Origin: Gemmatimonadales bacterium
GTDB lineage: Bacteria > Gemmatimonadota > Gemmatimonadetes > Gemmatimonadales > GWC2-71-9
Length of the DNA stretch: 64,000 bases
Direction: 5' to 3'
NCBI GenBank assembly: GCA_025928645.1
Contig: JAICJD010000001.1
Location: 24,108-88,107, forward strand
Made by a program: the position numbers and the translations under genes. Of this stretch, positions 17,673 to 27,348 are shown piece after piece; within the stretch, counting starts at the first letter, position 1, and each line of letters starts with the position of its first letter. The notes beneath the pieces are model-generated. The model was not told where the DNA came from, made no database searches, and saw nothing but the letters and a program-made list of their open reading frames with translations.

Positions 17673-19424
17673 CTACTCCTCGGCCACCAGCAGGGAGAGC
17701 TCCGCGATCCGGAACGTCGCCGGGCGGAAGTCGGGCGTGATGCGGATCTGATGCACCGTGTCGTCGATCCACATCGTGAGCGTCGTCGCGGAGTCCTCGA
17801 GCCGGGTCCAGGCGCCCCGCTCCCAGTTGGCCCGGTCCCCCGTCGGCGAATACTTGTAGAACCGAGCCGGGGCGAACGACCGTTCGCCGGCCGTCTTCCA
17901 GCGGATCGCGATGTAGGGAAGGGTGCCGTCGTCGGCCCGATACCGATAGCGCAGCCGGATCCCGGCCACCCGGCGGTCCTCGGAAAGCTGGAAGACCAGC
18001 GCCGGGTCTGGTCCCTGCACCCTCGCCACGCTGTCGCTCCACGTGAGCTGGACCGTTTGCACTGGCGTCTCGGGCACCGGGACGGCGGAAAACACCGGGT
18101 CTTCCCGGAGCCGCGTGTAGGGGCCGACGCGCGCGCGGGCGAGCAGGCGCAGGTAGTCGGCGACGATGTCCTGATGCGGGTGCAGCCACGGCCCATGTCG
18201 CCGGATGAGCTCGTGCGGCGGAACTCCCTCAGCAAGGTCGCGCTCGAACGCCGAGAGGTGCGTCCTGAGGTCGCTCGCGTAGGCCAGACCGAAGCGCACG
18301 TTAGGCACCAGCGCGACGGCGGCCACCGCCGTGAACAGGGCGGGGGCGACCCACCGCACCGTGCCGGGGCCATACAGTCGCCACGCGAAGTAGGCCGCGC
18401 ACCACGCCGGGGCGGCGAGCGTGACGTAACGGGTCTCGAATCCGTCGCGGCCCAGGCCCAGCCCCAGCGCCAGCGAGGCCATGGCGCCGAGGAACAGGAG
18501 CAGGCCCAGCGCCCGCGGCCGCTCCGCCGCGTTCGTGCGCCACACCCACGCGAGAAGCGCGACAGTCGCGGCGCCGCCCAGAAACACGACGTACTCCGAC
18601 AAGGGCCACCAGGCGTGGCCGGCCGGTCCGAGGCCGATCGCCAGGAACTGCAAGGCGGTCTTGAGGGTCTGGTGGACGCTGTGGCTCTTGGGATGGTACG
18701 GCACCGGCTGCCAGCGCACGAAGTACACGGCGGCGAGCACCAGCGCGGCGGCGCCCGCGGCGAGGGCGCCGCGACCCGCGCGGCGGTTTACGCCGGTCCA
18801 TCGGGGCGAGAGGAGCGCCAGCCCGATTGGCCAGGCGGCGAGTCCGGGAACGAGCCCGAGCCCATTCGCGCCGGAGAGCGTGAGCGCCACGGCGCACACG
18901 CCCACGATCGTGGCGGTGCGGCTCGGGTCGGCGCCCGGACCCGTGCGGACGATGGCGAGCAGCGCGATGCACGCCAGCACCACCGAGCAGAAAAACTGGA
19001 GCTGCCACCCCCAGAGCAGGTTGGCGGCCTGCCCCCAGTGGAGCAGGATGAGCGGAAAGAACGCGTCCGCCAGATTGGCTCCGCGTTGCCGCCTCGCGGC
19101 GAGCACCATCGCGGCCGCCACGGCGGCCATCGCCAGGGCGTCGACCACCATCGTGGCCCGGAAGTCGGTGCCGGTCACCCGGTTGATCGCGAGGTACAGC
19201 AGGCGCGGGAGCGGCACGCGATGCTCGTTGTGCTGCGACCAGAGCCAGCCCGCCGTCACCGGCTGCGCGCCGGTAAGGGTCGGCACCATGTCCCAGTCGT
19301 CCCAGGAGGGAACGTTGCTGCCGTAGCGGACCACGAGCCAGAGTGCCCCGGCGCTCATCGCCGCCCAGGCGATCCACACCGCGACGAGCACGCCCCGCGC
19401 GCGGCGCTCAGCGAAGGCGTTCAT
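17673..19424 (-). CDS. Polytopic membrane protein, putative GT-C-type glycosyltransferase with C-terminal soluble beta-rich domain
   Basis: About 10 or more hydrophobic segments. Acidic first-loop motif NVPSWDDWDMVP, then WSQHNEHRVPLPRL. The C-terminal ~170 aa are non-membrane. Start set to the ATG at 19422-19424 (MNAFAERR…). Confidence 0.5.
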   Translation of the reverse strand: MNAFAERRARGVLVAVWIAWAAMSAGALWLVVRYGSNVPSWDDWDMVPTLTGAQPVTAGWLWSQHNEHRVPLPRLLYLAINRVTGTDFRATMVVDALAMAAVAAAMVLAARRQRGANLADAFFPLILLHWGQAANLLWGWQLQFFCSVVLACIALLAIVRTGPGADPSRTATIVGVCAVALTLSGANGLGLVPGLAAWPIGLALLSPRWTGVNRRAGRGALAAGAAALVLAAVYFVRWQPVPYHPKSHSVHQTLKTALQFLAIGLGPAGHAWWPLSEYVVFLGGAATVALLAWVWRTNAAERPRALGLLLFLGAMASLALGLGLGRDGFETRYVTLAAPAWCAAYFAWRLYGPGTVRWVAPALFTAVAAVALVPNVRFGLAYASDLRTHLSAFERDLAEGVPPHELIRRHGPWLHPHQDIVADYLRLLARARVGPYTRLREDPVFSAVPVPETPVQTVQLTWSDSVARVQGPDPALVFQLSEDRRVAGIRLRYRYRADDGTLPYIAIRWKTAGERSFAPARFYKYSPTGDRANWERGAWTRLEDSATTLTMWIDDTVHQIRITPDFRPATFRIAELSLLVAEE

Positions 19425-21105
19425 ACACCCGGGCTCGCCCATCGGGCGAAGTGAAGGCCAGTCGCCACCCGTCCGGCTGCCGTGCGACGACCGGAGCCGC
19501 ATAGCGTTCGCTGATGCCCGGCAGGCCGAGGCGGTCCACCAGCACGTAGCTCACCGGGACGCTGTCGAGCAGGCGTGCCGCCGCGTCGGGATCGGGCTCG
19601 AGCGGCGGCAAGACCGTCTTCCGTCCGGTCCGCAGGTAGGCGAGCTGCGGCACGCTGGTGGCCACGATGGCGTCCGCCGGGGCATGGCCTCGCACCCATT
19701 CGAGCGCGGGGTCCAGCGCGTGCCAGACGGGCTCGTAGGTGAGCAGCCGGTACGGATGTTCGCGGCCCGCTCGATCGTACCAGCTCACCGGCAGAAGCGT
19801 GCGCAGGAAGCTGCCGGCGATGAACACCTGCACCAGCAGCATGGTCGCGAGCGGGATCGTGACGACGGCCGACGCCGCAGTGCGGGCGAGGGCGCCCCCC
19901 CGGCTTCGGATCGACCGGTCCGCCTGGCGCAGCGCGGTGACCAGAAAGATCATGGTGAGCGGCACCAGCGGCGCCAGGTATCGCCAGAACTGGCTGGGCC
20001 AGGGCGTGAGCACGATCATCCCGATCGTCACGGCAAAGTAGAGCGAGAGAAACCATTCGCCGGACCGCGCGACGGAGACGGCCCCGATCACGGCGCCCAG
20101 CCCGATCAGCACCAGGCAGACCTTGAGCGCGGAGGAAGCCAGCGTCCGCGCGTCCTTCGGCAGCGGCATGTGCGCGACGCGCTCAAGCTTGTCGAGCACG
20201 TACAGCTCGGAATTGACGGGAATCCACGCGCTCTCGCCCAGCGCGCGCGGAATGGCCGCCAGATTGCGCGCCACTCGGCCGCCGAGATTGGCCGAGGAGG
20301 TGCGGCCGAGCTCCGGCTGGAACGGATCCACGAACCAGCTGTTCTCGCCGTAGGTGACGTTGGTGTAGTACCACGCGGCCCGCTGGTAGGGGTAGGCGGG
20401 GTGCCGGTAGGTGTCGGCGTGGGTCACGTGGTGGACGTACACCCACCATGCCAGGACTGGGGCCGCGGCGGCGGCGCCGCGCAGCACGGCCTGGCGGAAG
20501 CGTCGGCGGCCCACGCTCTCGAGCACCCAGGCCGCGAGCAGGCCGAGCCCCGCCGTGCGGCAGAGGTACGCCGCCGCGCCGAACACGCCGGTCGCGACGG
20601 CAAAGGCTGGCCGCTCGCTCCGGCGGTGGCACAACAGAAACAGCAGGCTCAGCAGCCCGAACGGAATCTCCGCGTACAGCGCGTCGGACAGGTACAGAAA
20701 GCCGTAGAACGAGAGCCCCGTGGTGGCGGCCACGAGAAGCGCGTAGGCCGGCTCGAGCAGCGCCCGCGCCAGGCCGTACGCCGCGAGCAGGTACAGCCCG
20801 GAGAGCACGAAGTAGCAGAGCCGGAGCCGCCAGGCAACCGTCAGCACGTCGCTCGTGCCGAGCGCGCGCTCGTGCGCCGCCACCAGCAGGGGCACGAACG
20901 GCGGATACTGCACGGCCTGGATCTGTCCGGGCTCGTTCAGCAGCCGATAGCCGCGTCCCTCGGCGAGCGAGGTGCCCAGCACGTAGTACGTGCTTGCGTC
21001 CCACCTCAGGTCGATGGGCCCCTGCAGCCGGGGCGCCCAGACGGCGATCCAAAGCAGCAGGAGCGCACCCACCGCGGCCACGTCGTGGCGGCGAGGCAGG
21101 GTCAT
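19408..21105 (-). CDS. Polytopic membrane protein, putative GT-C-type glycosyltransferase (paralog A)
   Basis: Start at the ATG at 21103-21105 (MTLPRRHDVAAVGALLLLWIAVWAPRLQGPIDLRWDASTYYVLGTSLAEGRGYRLL). Many TM segments. Collinear similarity along the full length to 22709-24445. Confidence 0.55.
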   Translation of the reverse strand: MTLPRRHDVAAVGALLLLWIAVWAPRLQGPIDLRWDASTYYVLGTSLAEGRGYRLLNEPGQIQAVQYPPFVPLLVAAHERALGTSDVLTVAWRLRLCYFVLSGLYLLAAYGLARALLEPAYALLVAATTGLSFYGFLYLSDALYAEIPFGLLSLLFLLCHRRSERPAFAVATGVFGAAAYLCRTAGLGLLAAWVLESVGRRRFRQAVLRGAAAAAPVLAWWVYVHHVTHADTYRHPAYPYQRAAWYYTNVTYGENSWFVDPFQPELGRTSSANLGGRVARNLAAIPRALGESAWIPVNSELYVLDKLERVAHMPLPKDARTLASSALKVCLVLIGLGAVIGAVSVARSGEWFLSLYFAVTIGMIVLTPWPSQFWRYLAPLVPLTMIFLVTALRQADRSIRSRGGALARTAASAVVTIPLATMLLVQVFIAGSFLRTLLPVSWYDRAGREHPYRLLTYEPVWHALDPALEWVRGHAPADAIVATSVPQLAYLRTGRKTVLPPLEPDPDAAARLLDSVPVSYVLVDRLGLPGISERYAAPVVARQPDGWRLAFTSPDGRARVYERLR

Positions 21106-21128
21106 GGAAGCGGCCGGGTTATCTTGCG

Positions 21129-22778
21129 TTGCATCCGTGCTCCATCGGGGTTCACCTGGTCGATCTTCGCCGTCGGCGCCGCATCGCGGTGCTCGCCGTG
21201 TTCGGGCTCGCGCTGGTGCTCCGGGTCCCGCTCGCCGCGCGCCAGGGACTCTGGGCGGACGAGTTCTTTTCCCTCGCGATGGCCACCGGCCACAGCCTCG
21301 AGCACCCGGCGGCGGAGGCGGTGCCGGCGCTCGGCGATTTCGTCGAGGCGCGCGCAGCGGTGCCCGCCGCCGAGTACGCCCGGTATCTCGGGCGCGATCG
21401 GCCACCCGCGTCGGCGGCTCGCGTCGTCCGGGCCGTGCTGCTCTCCGACACGAGCCCGCCCCTCTACTACCTGCTGCTGTCGGCCTGGACGGCCGCGGCC
21501 GGCACGGGAGATACGGCGCTCCACCTCTTCTCGGTGGCGTGGGCGCTCGCCGCGTTCCCGCTGCTGTACCTGCTGGGCCGCCGGCTCGGCGGCTGGTACG
21601 CCGGCTTCGCGGCCTGCGTGCTGTTCGCGGTGTCGCCTCTCAGCCTGTACTACGCCGTGGAAGGGCGGATGTACGCCCAGCTCTGGTTCGTCACTCTGCT
21701 GTTCGCCTGGCTCACCGTGCGGCGGCACGACAGGGGCGACCCGCCGCTCCGGCTCGGCGCGTGGTCTCTGGCCGGCTCGGCCGGCCTGCTCACCCACTAC
21801 TTCTTCGCCTTCGTGTGGGCAGCGGGCGTGCTCTGGCTCCTGGTCCAACCCGGCCGAAGCCGCCGGGCCCTCACGCTCGCTGGCGGGGTCCTGAGCGGGC
21901 TCGTGGTCCTGCCGTGGTACCTGCGCCTGCCGGAGAGCCTGGCCCGCTGGCGCGTGACCGGGCACTGGCTCGACGGCCCGCTGACGCCGGGCCAGGCGCT
22001 CAGCGCGCCCGTGGTGCTGGCCCGGGACCTTCTGAGCGGCCGCGGTTCCTGGGGCGGCGAGCGGTGGCTCGACCGGGCCGGCGCGGCGCTCTTCGCGCTG
22101 CTCGGGCTCGTGACGCTCTGGCGCCGACCCCGCTGGCTGTTCCGTCGCCGCCCACTGCTGCTCTGGGCCTGGCTGCTCGCCGCGTGCGCCGGTCCGGTGG
22201 TCTTCGACCTGCTTCGCGGCACCTACACCGCGCTCATTCCACGCTACGCGCTCGCCGGCATGCCGGCGGCCATGCTTCTGGCCGGCCTCGCGCTGGCGGG
22301 GCTTCGGGAGCCCGTGGCCGCGGTGGTACTCTCGCTCGCTGCCATCGCGTGGCTCCCCGGTGTGCGGGCCGTCTTCCATGGCACCTCGCGCGCGGGTGAG
22401 CCCTATCGCCGAGTGGCTCGGGAGATCGCGGCCCGCACGCACGGAGAGAATCTCGTGCTGGTGCACTCGATCCCCTCCGGCGTGGCGGGAATTTCGCGCT
22501 ACCTGGAGCCGACCACGCCGGTGGCCGCGTGGGTCGCGCAGCTCGGCCGCCGCCGCGTGCCCGATGACATCGCCGCTTTGGTCCAGGGCCGGCACCACGT
22601 CGCCTTCGTCCGCATCCACGACGTGGGCGCGCCCGCGCCCGAGCTGGACTGGCTCATCGCCCGCGCGGGCGCGGTCGATTCGGCGCGGCGCGAGAACGCC
22701 ACCGTGGTTTACCTCACGCTTCCGGTGCCCGGCGTAGCAGCGGCCGCCGCCGGCGCCGGCAGCACCGCCCGGCGGTAG
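21129..22778 (+). CDS. GT39/ArnT-like (PMT_2-type) polyprenyl-phosphate-sugar-dependent glycosyltransferase
   Basis: TM1 is followed by LWADEFFSLAMATGHS (the acidic first-loop motif of GT-C enzymes). It also has SPPLYYLLLSAW, and YYAVEGRMYAQLWF. The start is uncertain: the TTG at 21129 is the first start codon that keeps TM1. It is the only plus-strand gene in the locus. Confidence 0.6.
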   Translation: MHPCSIGVHLVDLRRRRRIAVLAVFGLALVLRVPLAARQGLWADEFFSLAMATGHSLEHPAAEAVPALGDFVEARAAVPAAEYARYLGRDRPPASAARVVRAVLLSDTSPPLYYLLLSAWTAAAGTGDTALHLFSVAWALAAFPLLYLLGRRLGGWYAGFAACVLFAVSPLSLYYAVEGRMYAQLWFVTLLFAWLTVRRHDRGDPPLRLGAWSLAGSAGLLTHYFFAFVWAAGVLWLLVQPGRSRRALTLAGGVLSGLVVLPWYLRLPESLARWRVTGHWLDGPLTPGQALSAPVVLARDLLSGRGSWGGERWLDRAGAALFALLGLVTLWRRPRWLFRRRPLLLWAWLLAACAGPVVFDLLRGTYTALIPRYALAGMPAAMLLAGLALAGLREPVAAVVLSLAAIAWLPGVRAVFHGTSRAGEPYRRVAREIAARTHGENLVLVHSIPSGVAGISRYLEPTTPVAAWVAQLGRRRVPDDIAALVQGRHHVAFVRIHDVGAPAPELDWLIARAGAVDSARRENATVVYLTLPVPGVAAAAAGAGSTARR

Positions 22779-24445
22779 ATCCGCGGCCCGGTGTCGTTGG
22801 CGAAGTAAATCAGCGACCAGCGGTCCGGCGCCCGCGCGATCATCGGGCGAGTGTACCGGCGCCCCACGTCGAGAAAGCTCAGGTTGTCCACGATCAGATA
22901 GGTCACCGGCACCGCGTCCACCATGCGCTGCGCGACCGCCGGGTCGGCCTCGTACGGCGGCATGATGGCCGGCAGCCCGGTGCGGAGATACGCCCAGTGG
23001 GGCGTGGAGGTCGCGATGACCTCGCCCGGGCGGGAATGGCGGGCGAGCCAGTCGAGCGCGTCGTCGTGGAGCCGCCAGGTGCGATCATAGAACAGCAGGT
23101 GGTACTTGTGCCGCTGCCCCGCGGCGTCGGTGTAGAACGCCCGCTCGCGATGGTGCGCGAACGAGGTGTACAGGGTATAGACCTGCTGCAGGAGGATGAG
23201 CGACACGCCGGCCGCGATGGCGAGGCGCCCGGCGATCCGCCACGGGCTCCGGCGCGCGCCCAGCCGGCGCATCACCTCCGCGAGCAGGTACATGAGCGCC
23301 AGCGCGAGAAACGGTGTCAGCGGAATCAAGTAGCGGGAGAACTGCACGGCCCACGGCGTGAGCGCGATCAGCACGACCGAGCCCACCGTGTACAGCACGA
23401 ACAGCCAGTACCCCTGGATCGCGAGCAGCACCAGCCCCGCGGCGACGGGAATGCTGAGGAGCGCGAGCCCCGTGTCGGCCGCGGACTCGGGCATGGCGAG
23501 CGCGGGCACCTTCTGGCTCCACTTGCCGACCTGCCCGCGCCACCATCCCTTGTGCTCGCTGACCGCCTCCCCCACGCTGAGCGGAATGAGCCGGAAGTTC
23601 TCGAGCGCGCGCCGCGCCATGCCCGCCGGCGAGACCCGCCCCAGCTCCGGCCGGAACGGGTCCACGTAGCGCATGTTCTCGACGTACCCCACGTTGTAGA
23701 ACTGGTAGTCGGCCCGCTGATAGGCGTACGCCGGTTGACGGTACTCGGGGCTCGCCTTCACGCGCGCGATGTACCCTTGCCAGCTCGCCACCGCCGCGAG
23801 CGCGACGGCCGCACGCAGCGCCGTCCGGCCCGGCCGCCGGTCGAGCGCGCTTTCCATGATCCACGCCGCGAGCAGCGCCACCCCCGCCGTCCGAAGCGCA
23901 TACGCGGCGACCGCGAGCAGCCCCTCGAGCGCCCCGTGCGGCTTGGGCGCGGCCTCGTCGCCGTGCCGGCGCCAGGCCGCGACCACGAAGAACAGGCTGG
24001 TGACCAGCGCGAACGGCACGTCGGCGGTGAAGAAGTCGGAGAGGAACACGGTCTGCATGTGCATGGCCGTGATCAGCCCGACCAGCAGCGCGTAGGTGGG
24101 GCCCACGATCCGCCGGCTCATGGCGTACACGGCCGCGATGTACGCCAGGTACATCGCGCAGGCGGTTACCCGAAGCCAGGGGCCGACGACCGCCGGATCC
24201 GCCGTGCCGAGGAGCCGCTCGTGCAGGGCCCCGATCGCGGGGAGGAGCGGCGGATACTGGATCGCTTCGATCGCGCCCGGCTCGCTCAGGATGCGGTAGC
24301 CGCGGCCCTCGGCGAGCGCGGTCCCCAGGATGTAGTACACGCCCCCGTCATAGCGCAGGTCCGGCGGCCCCTGCAGCCGGGGCAGCCAGATCAGGACGAC
24401 GAGGGCGAGCAGCGCCGGAAGGTGCCAGCGCGCGCCGAGGGTCAC
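22709..24445 (-). CDS. Polytopic membrane protein, putative GT-C-type glycosyltransferase (paralog B)
   Basis: The GTG start at 24443-24445 overlaps the upstream stop (GTGA). VTLGARWHLPALLALVVLIWLPRLQGPPDLRYDGGVYYILGTALAEGRGYRIL aligns with paralog A. The shared C-terminal region is …YLRTG….PP.E.DP..A.R..D.VPV.Y…. Confidence 0.55.
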   Translation of the reverse strand: MTLGARWHLPALLALVVLIWLPRLQGPPDLRYDGGVYYILGTALAEGRGYRILSEPGAIEAIQYPPLLPAIGALHERLLGTADPAVVGPWLRVTACAMYLAYIAAVYAMSRRIVGPTYALLVGLITAMHMQTVFLSDFFTADVPFALVTSLFFVVAAWRRHGDEAAPKPHGALEGLLAVAAYALRTAGVALLAAWIMESALDRRPGRTALRAAVALAAVASWQGYIARVKASPEYRQPAYAYQRADYQFYNVGYVENMRYVDPFRPELGRVSPAGMARRALENFRLIPLSVGEAVSEHKGWWRGQVGKWSQKVPALAMPESAADTGLALLSIPVAAGLVLLAIQGYWLFVLYTVGSVVLIALTPWAVQFSRYLIPLTPFLALALMYLLAEVMRRLGARRSPWRIAGRLAIAAGVSLILLQQVYTLYTSFAHHRERAFYTDAAGQRHKYHLLFYDRTWRLHDDALDWLARHSRPGEVIATSTPHWAYLRTGLPAIMPPYEADPAVAQRMVDAVPVTYLIVDNLSFLDVGRRYTRPMIARAPDRWSLIYFANDTGPRIYRRAVLPAPAAAAATPGTGSVR

Positions 24446-25593
24446 TCGGCGTCTCCCGGCCGCGTCATGGACATCGCCGAGATGAAGAGCGACGAGAACA
24501 GGGTGCTGAAGCCGATGATGACGAGAGTCGCGGCGAACGCCACCCATTCCGGGTGCGGCAGCGGCAGCAGGTCCGACCGCAGCCACTCCGCCACGTTCAC
24601 GGCCAGGATGCCCGCGCCGATCGCCACCAGACCCGCCCCGACCAGGAGCCCGCCCTCGAGCTTGAACCGCGCGTAGAACGCCCCGAGCACGCGGTTGTCC
24701 CGGTCGAAGCGGCGGCTCCAGGAATAAGTCTTGGCGTGGAGGCCGAGGCTCAGGATCTCGAACCCGACCACGCTGAAGATCGTGGCGAAGATCGCCGTCA
24801 CGCTCGAGGCCGGCCGGCCCCCGAACCGGACCAGCCCGAGCAGCACGGCCAGGTGAATGAGCAGGCCCAGCGCGAGCAGGACCGACCCCGGCAGGAAGAA
24901 GACCTTGTTCGGCGAGTAGAGCAGCATCATCCGCAGGCTGCGCCAGCCGTCGCGGAAGGTCCGAAGCTTCGACTCGCCCTTGCGCGGGGCGAGCACGATC
25001 GGAATCTCCTTGACCCGAAGGCCGGCCAGGCCCGCATTGATGGCCAGCTCCAGGTTGAACTCCATGCCCGGGCTCACCGGCCGGATCCGGTCGTAGGCCT
25101 CGCGGGAGAACGCGCGGAAGCCGCAGTACACATCGGTGTAGCGGGCGCCGAAGAACAGGTTCAGAATCCGCGTCAGGGCCGGGTTCCCGAACCAGCGGTG
25201 CAGCGCGGTGATGTTCGCGTCGCCGCCGTTGAGATACCGGCTGCCGGTCACGAAATCATGGCCCTCGTCGCGGAGCGCGGCGAGAAACTGCGGAATCATG
25301 GTGAAGTCGTAGGTGTCGTCGGCGTCGCCCATGACCAGGTAGCGGCCGCGCGCGGAAGCGAACCCCTTGAGGTACGCCTGCCCGTAGCCCCGCAGCGGCT
25401 GGTGCACCACCCGCGCGCCCATCCGCTCGGCGATCGCGACCGAGGCGTCGGTCGAGCCGTTGTCGCACACCACGATTTCGCCGTCGATGCCCGCCGCCGC
25501 GAAGGTCCGCTGGATCTTCTCGATACAGGGGCCGATGGCCTCTTCCTCGTTGAGGCACGGCATCACGACGGACACGAGCGGTTGCTGGCTCAT
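24442..25593 (-). CDS. Membrane-anchored GT2 glycosyltransferase, polyprenyl-phosphate glycosyltransferase type (DPM1/GtrB/ArnC-like)
   Basis: VSVVMPCLNEEEAI, VCDNGSTD and MGDADDTYD (DxD), followed by four C-terminal hydrophobic segments. The ATG at 25591-25593 overlaps the upstream stop (ATGA). Confidence 0.75.
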   Translation of the reverse strand: MSQQPLVSVVMPCLNEEEAIGPCIEKIQRTFAAAGIDGEIVVCDNGSTDASVAIAERMGARVVHQPLRGYGQAYLKGFASARGRYLVMGDADDTYDFTMIPQFLAALRDEGHDFVTGSRYLNGGDANITALHRWFGNPALTRILNLFFGARYTDVYCGFRAFSREAYDRIRPVSPGMEFNLELAINAGLAGLRVKEIPIVLAPRKGESKLRTFRDGWRSLRMMLLYSPNKVFFLPGSVLLALGLLIHLAVLLGLVRFGGRPASSVTAIFATIFSVVGFEILSLGLHAKTYSWSRRFDRDNRVLGAFYARFKLEGGLLVGAGLVAIGAGILAVNVAEWLRSDLLPLPHPEWVAFAATLVIIGFSTLFSSLFISAMSMTRPGDAE

Positions 25594-26570
25594 CGGCCGT
25601 TCCCGGTGAAAGTGCGCGCGCGCGGATAGCGCCCAAGGCCCCGAAGCAGACCCTCGAGCTCGGCGAGGGCCAGGCGCCGCATGGGCGCGGCCGGCCCGCT
25701 CTTCGGGCGGACCACGCGGAAGCATGTCTTGGCCGCCCAGCGGCCCCAGAGCCGGGCGAAGGCCCAGCGCTCGTCGGGGTGCCGCGAGGCGCCGCGGACG
25801 ACGTAGGACGAGAAGCTCACCCCATGATCCCGGATCTGGCTCACCAGCTCGGCCATCTCACGCCGGTGACGATGGTGTACCACGGCCGCCGGCTCGTAGA
25901 CCAGCGCCCAGCCCGCCTTCAGCACGCGAAAAAAGATGTCGAGGTCGTCCCCGCCACGGGTGGGTGTGCCCGCGCCGAGCGACGGATCGAACCCGCCGAG
26001 CTCGTGGAGCACGCGCCGACGGAAGGCCATGTTGGCGCCGGTGCCGAACGAACCGGTCATCCCGTACCGCTCGGCGACCGGCCTCTCGCCCGCCGCCTCC
26101 GCCCGCACCCGCACCCCGCCGCGCGCGAAGCTCCGATAGCGCTCGAACAGCCGTTGCGCCTCGGTCTCGAGCTCGAGCGGCAGCACCAGGCCGGTCACCG
26201 CTCCGACCCGCGGATCCTGCCGGAACACGCCGGCCAGGGCGGCCACCCACGACGGATCGACCACCACGTCGTCGTCGGTGAACGCCAGCAGCTCGCCGCG
26301 GGCCTCCGCCAGCGCGCGGTTCCGCGCGTGATCGAGCCCCGGCCGCGGCTCGCGCACGTAGCGCACGCCAGCCCGCCCGGCGATCAGCTGCTCGGTCGCC
26401 GGCGTAGCCGGCGCGTTGTCCACCACCAGGAGCTCGAGGCGGGGATAGTCGAGCTGCTGGAGCGCGTCGAGGCAGCGGGCCAGATCCTCCGCCCGGTCGC
26501 GAGTGCACACCGCGACCGTAACGGAGGGCGCCGCGACGATGTCGCCGGCGGAGCCGTCAGCGCTGGCCAC
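25590..26570 (-). CDS. GT2 family glycosyltransferase
   Basis: VAVCTRDRAEDLARCLDAL, VVDNAP, and VREPRPGLDHARNRALAEARGELLAFTDDDVVV. Paralogous to 28087-29055. Confidence 0.8.
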   Translation of the reverse strand: MASADGSAGDIVAAPSVTVAVCTRDRAEDLARCLDALQQLDYPRLELLVVDNAPATPATEQLIAGRAGVRYVREPRPGLDHARNRALAEARGELLAFTDDDVVVDPSWVAALAGVFRQDPRVGAVTGLVLPLELETEAQRLFERYRSFARGGVRVRAEAAGERPVAERYGMTGSFGTGANMAFRRRVLHELGGFDPSLGAGTPTRGGDDLDIFFRVLKAGWALVYEPAAVVHHRHRREMAELVSQIRDHGVSFSSYVVRGASRHPDERWAFARLWGRWAAKTCFRVVRPKSGPAAPMRRLALAELEGLLRGLGRYPRARTFTGNGR

Positions 26571-27348
26571 GATACGCGTCGAGCACCGCGTCGATGTCGC
26601 CGTCCATCACGACCGCCCCGTCCCGGAGCCAGACGCCGCGGCTGCAGAGGTCCCGTACCTGCTCGAGCTCGTGCGAGACCAGCATGAGGGTTCCGCCGCG
26701 CGCGTGGAACGCCCGGAGCCGCTCGAGGCAGCGCTCCCGGAACTCGCGGTCGCCCACCGCGAGCACCTCATCGAGCAGCAGGATCGCCGGCTCGAGGCAC
26801 ACGGCCACCGAGAAGGCCAGCCGGGCCTCCATGCCGCTCGAGTAGTACTTGAGCGGCGTGTCCAGGAAGTCGCGCATCTGGGCGAACTCGACGATCTCGT
26901 CGTAGTGACCCTGCAGCTCGCGGCGGGTCAGGCCCAGCACGGCCCCGTAGAGGCGGATATTCTCCGCGCCGGTCAGCTCCGGGTGAAAGCCCGCGCCGAG
27001 CTCGATGACGGCGGTGATGCGGCCGCTGGTGGTGATGTCACCTGCCGTTGGCCGGTAGATCCCCGCGACCAGGCGCAGCACCGTGCTCTTTCCCGAGCCG
27101 TTGTGCCCCAGGAGCGCCACCGACTCCCCCGGCTCGACCCGGAGGCTCACGTCGCGCAGCGAGAACGCCGTGTGGCCCACGTGGATCGGCCGTCTGAGCA
27201 CGCGCCGGATGAACCACTCCCGGAGCGAGCTGGTGCGGTGCTCGTAGAAGTAGAACCGCTTCGAGACCGCTCGAAGCTCGACCGCCGGGGCCGGCGCCCG
27301 GTCAGACGACTTCGGCGAAGACGCTGGCGTAGCGGTGGAAGACGGCAT
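26557..27348 (-). CDS. ABC transporter ATP-binding protein (polysaccharide/O-antigen exporter Wzt/TagH type, no C-terminal carbohydrate-binding extension)
   Basis: Walker A GHNGSGKST, signature YSSGMEARL, Walker B AILLLDEVLAVGD. It sits immediately downstream of an ABC-2 permease. Confidence 0.85.
   Translation of the reverse strand: MPSSTATPASSPKSSDRAPAPAVELRAVSKRFYFYEHRTSSLREWFIRRVLRRPIHVGHTAFSLRDVSLRVEPGESVALLGHNGSGKSTVLRLVAGIYRPTAGDITTSGRITAVIELGAGFHPELTGAENIRLYGAVLGLTRRELQGHYDEIVEFAQMRDFLDTPLKYYSSGMEARLAFSVAVCLEPAILLLDEVLAVGDREFRERCLERLRAFHARGGTLMLVSHELEQVRDLCSRGVWLRDGAVVMDGDIDAVLDAYRGQR

Noticed and set aside
17037-21894. Long plus-strand ORFs (17037-19454, 805 aa; 19684-21894, 736 aa) across the GT-C gene region.
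   Set aside because: They are antisense shadows of membrane-protein genes, with extreme Arg/Gly/Pro/Glu/His content and no hydrophobic segments or motifs. Only the downstream part of the other plus-strand frame (from 21129) is a real gene.
22709-22778. A 70-bp 3'-end overlap between the convergent GT39-like gene and GT-C paralog B.
   Set aside because: Both C-terminal tails in the overlap are Ala/Gly/Pro-rich and are reverse complements of each other. This most likely reflects the late chance occurrence of stop codons in GC-rich sequence rather than a functional antisense arrangement.
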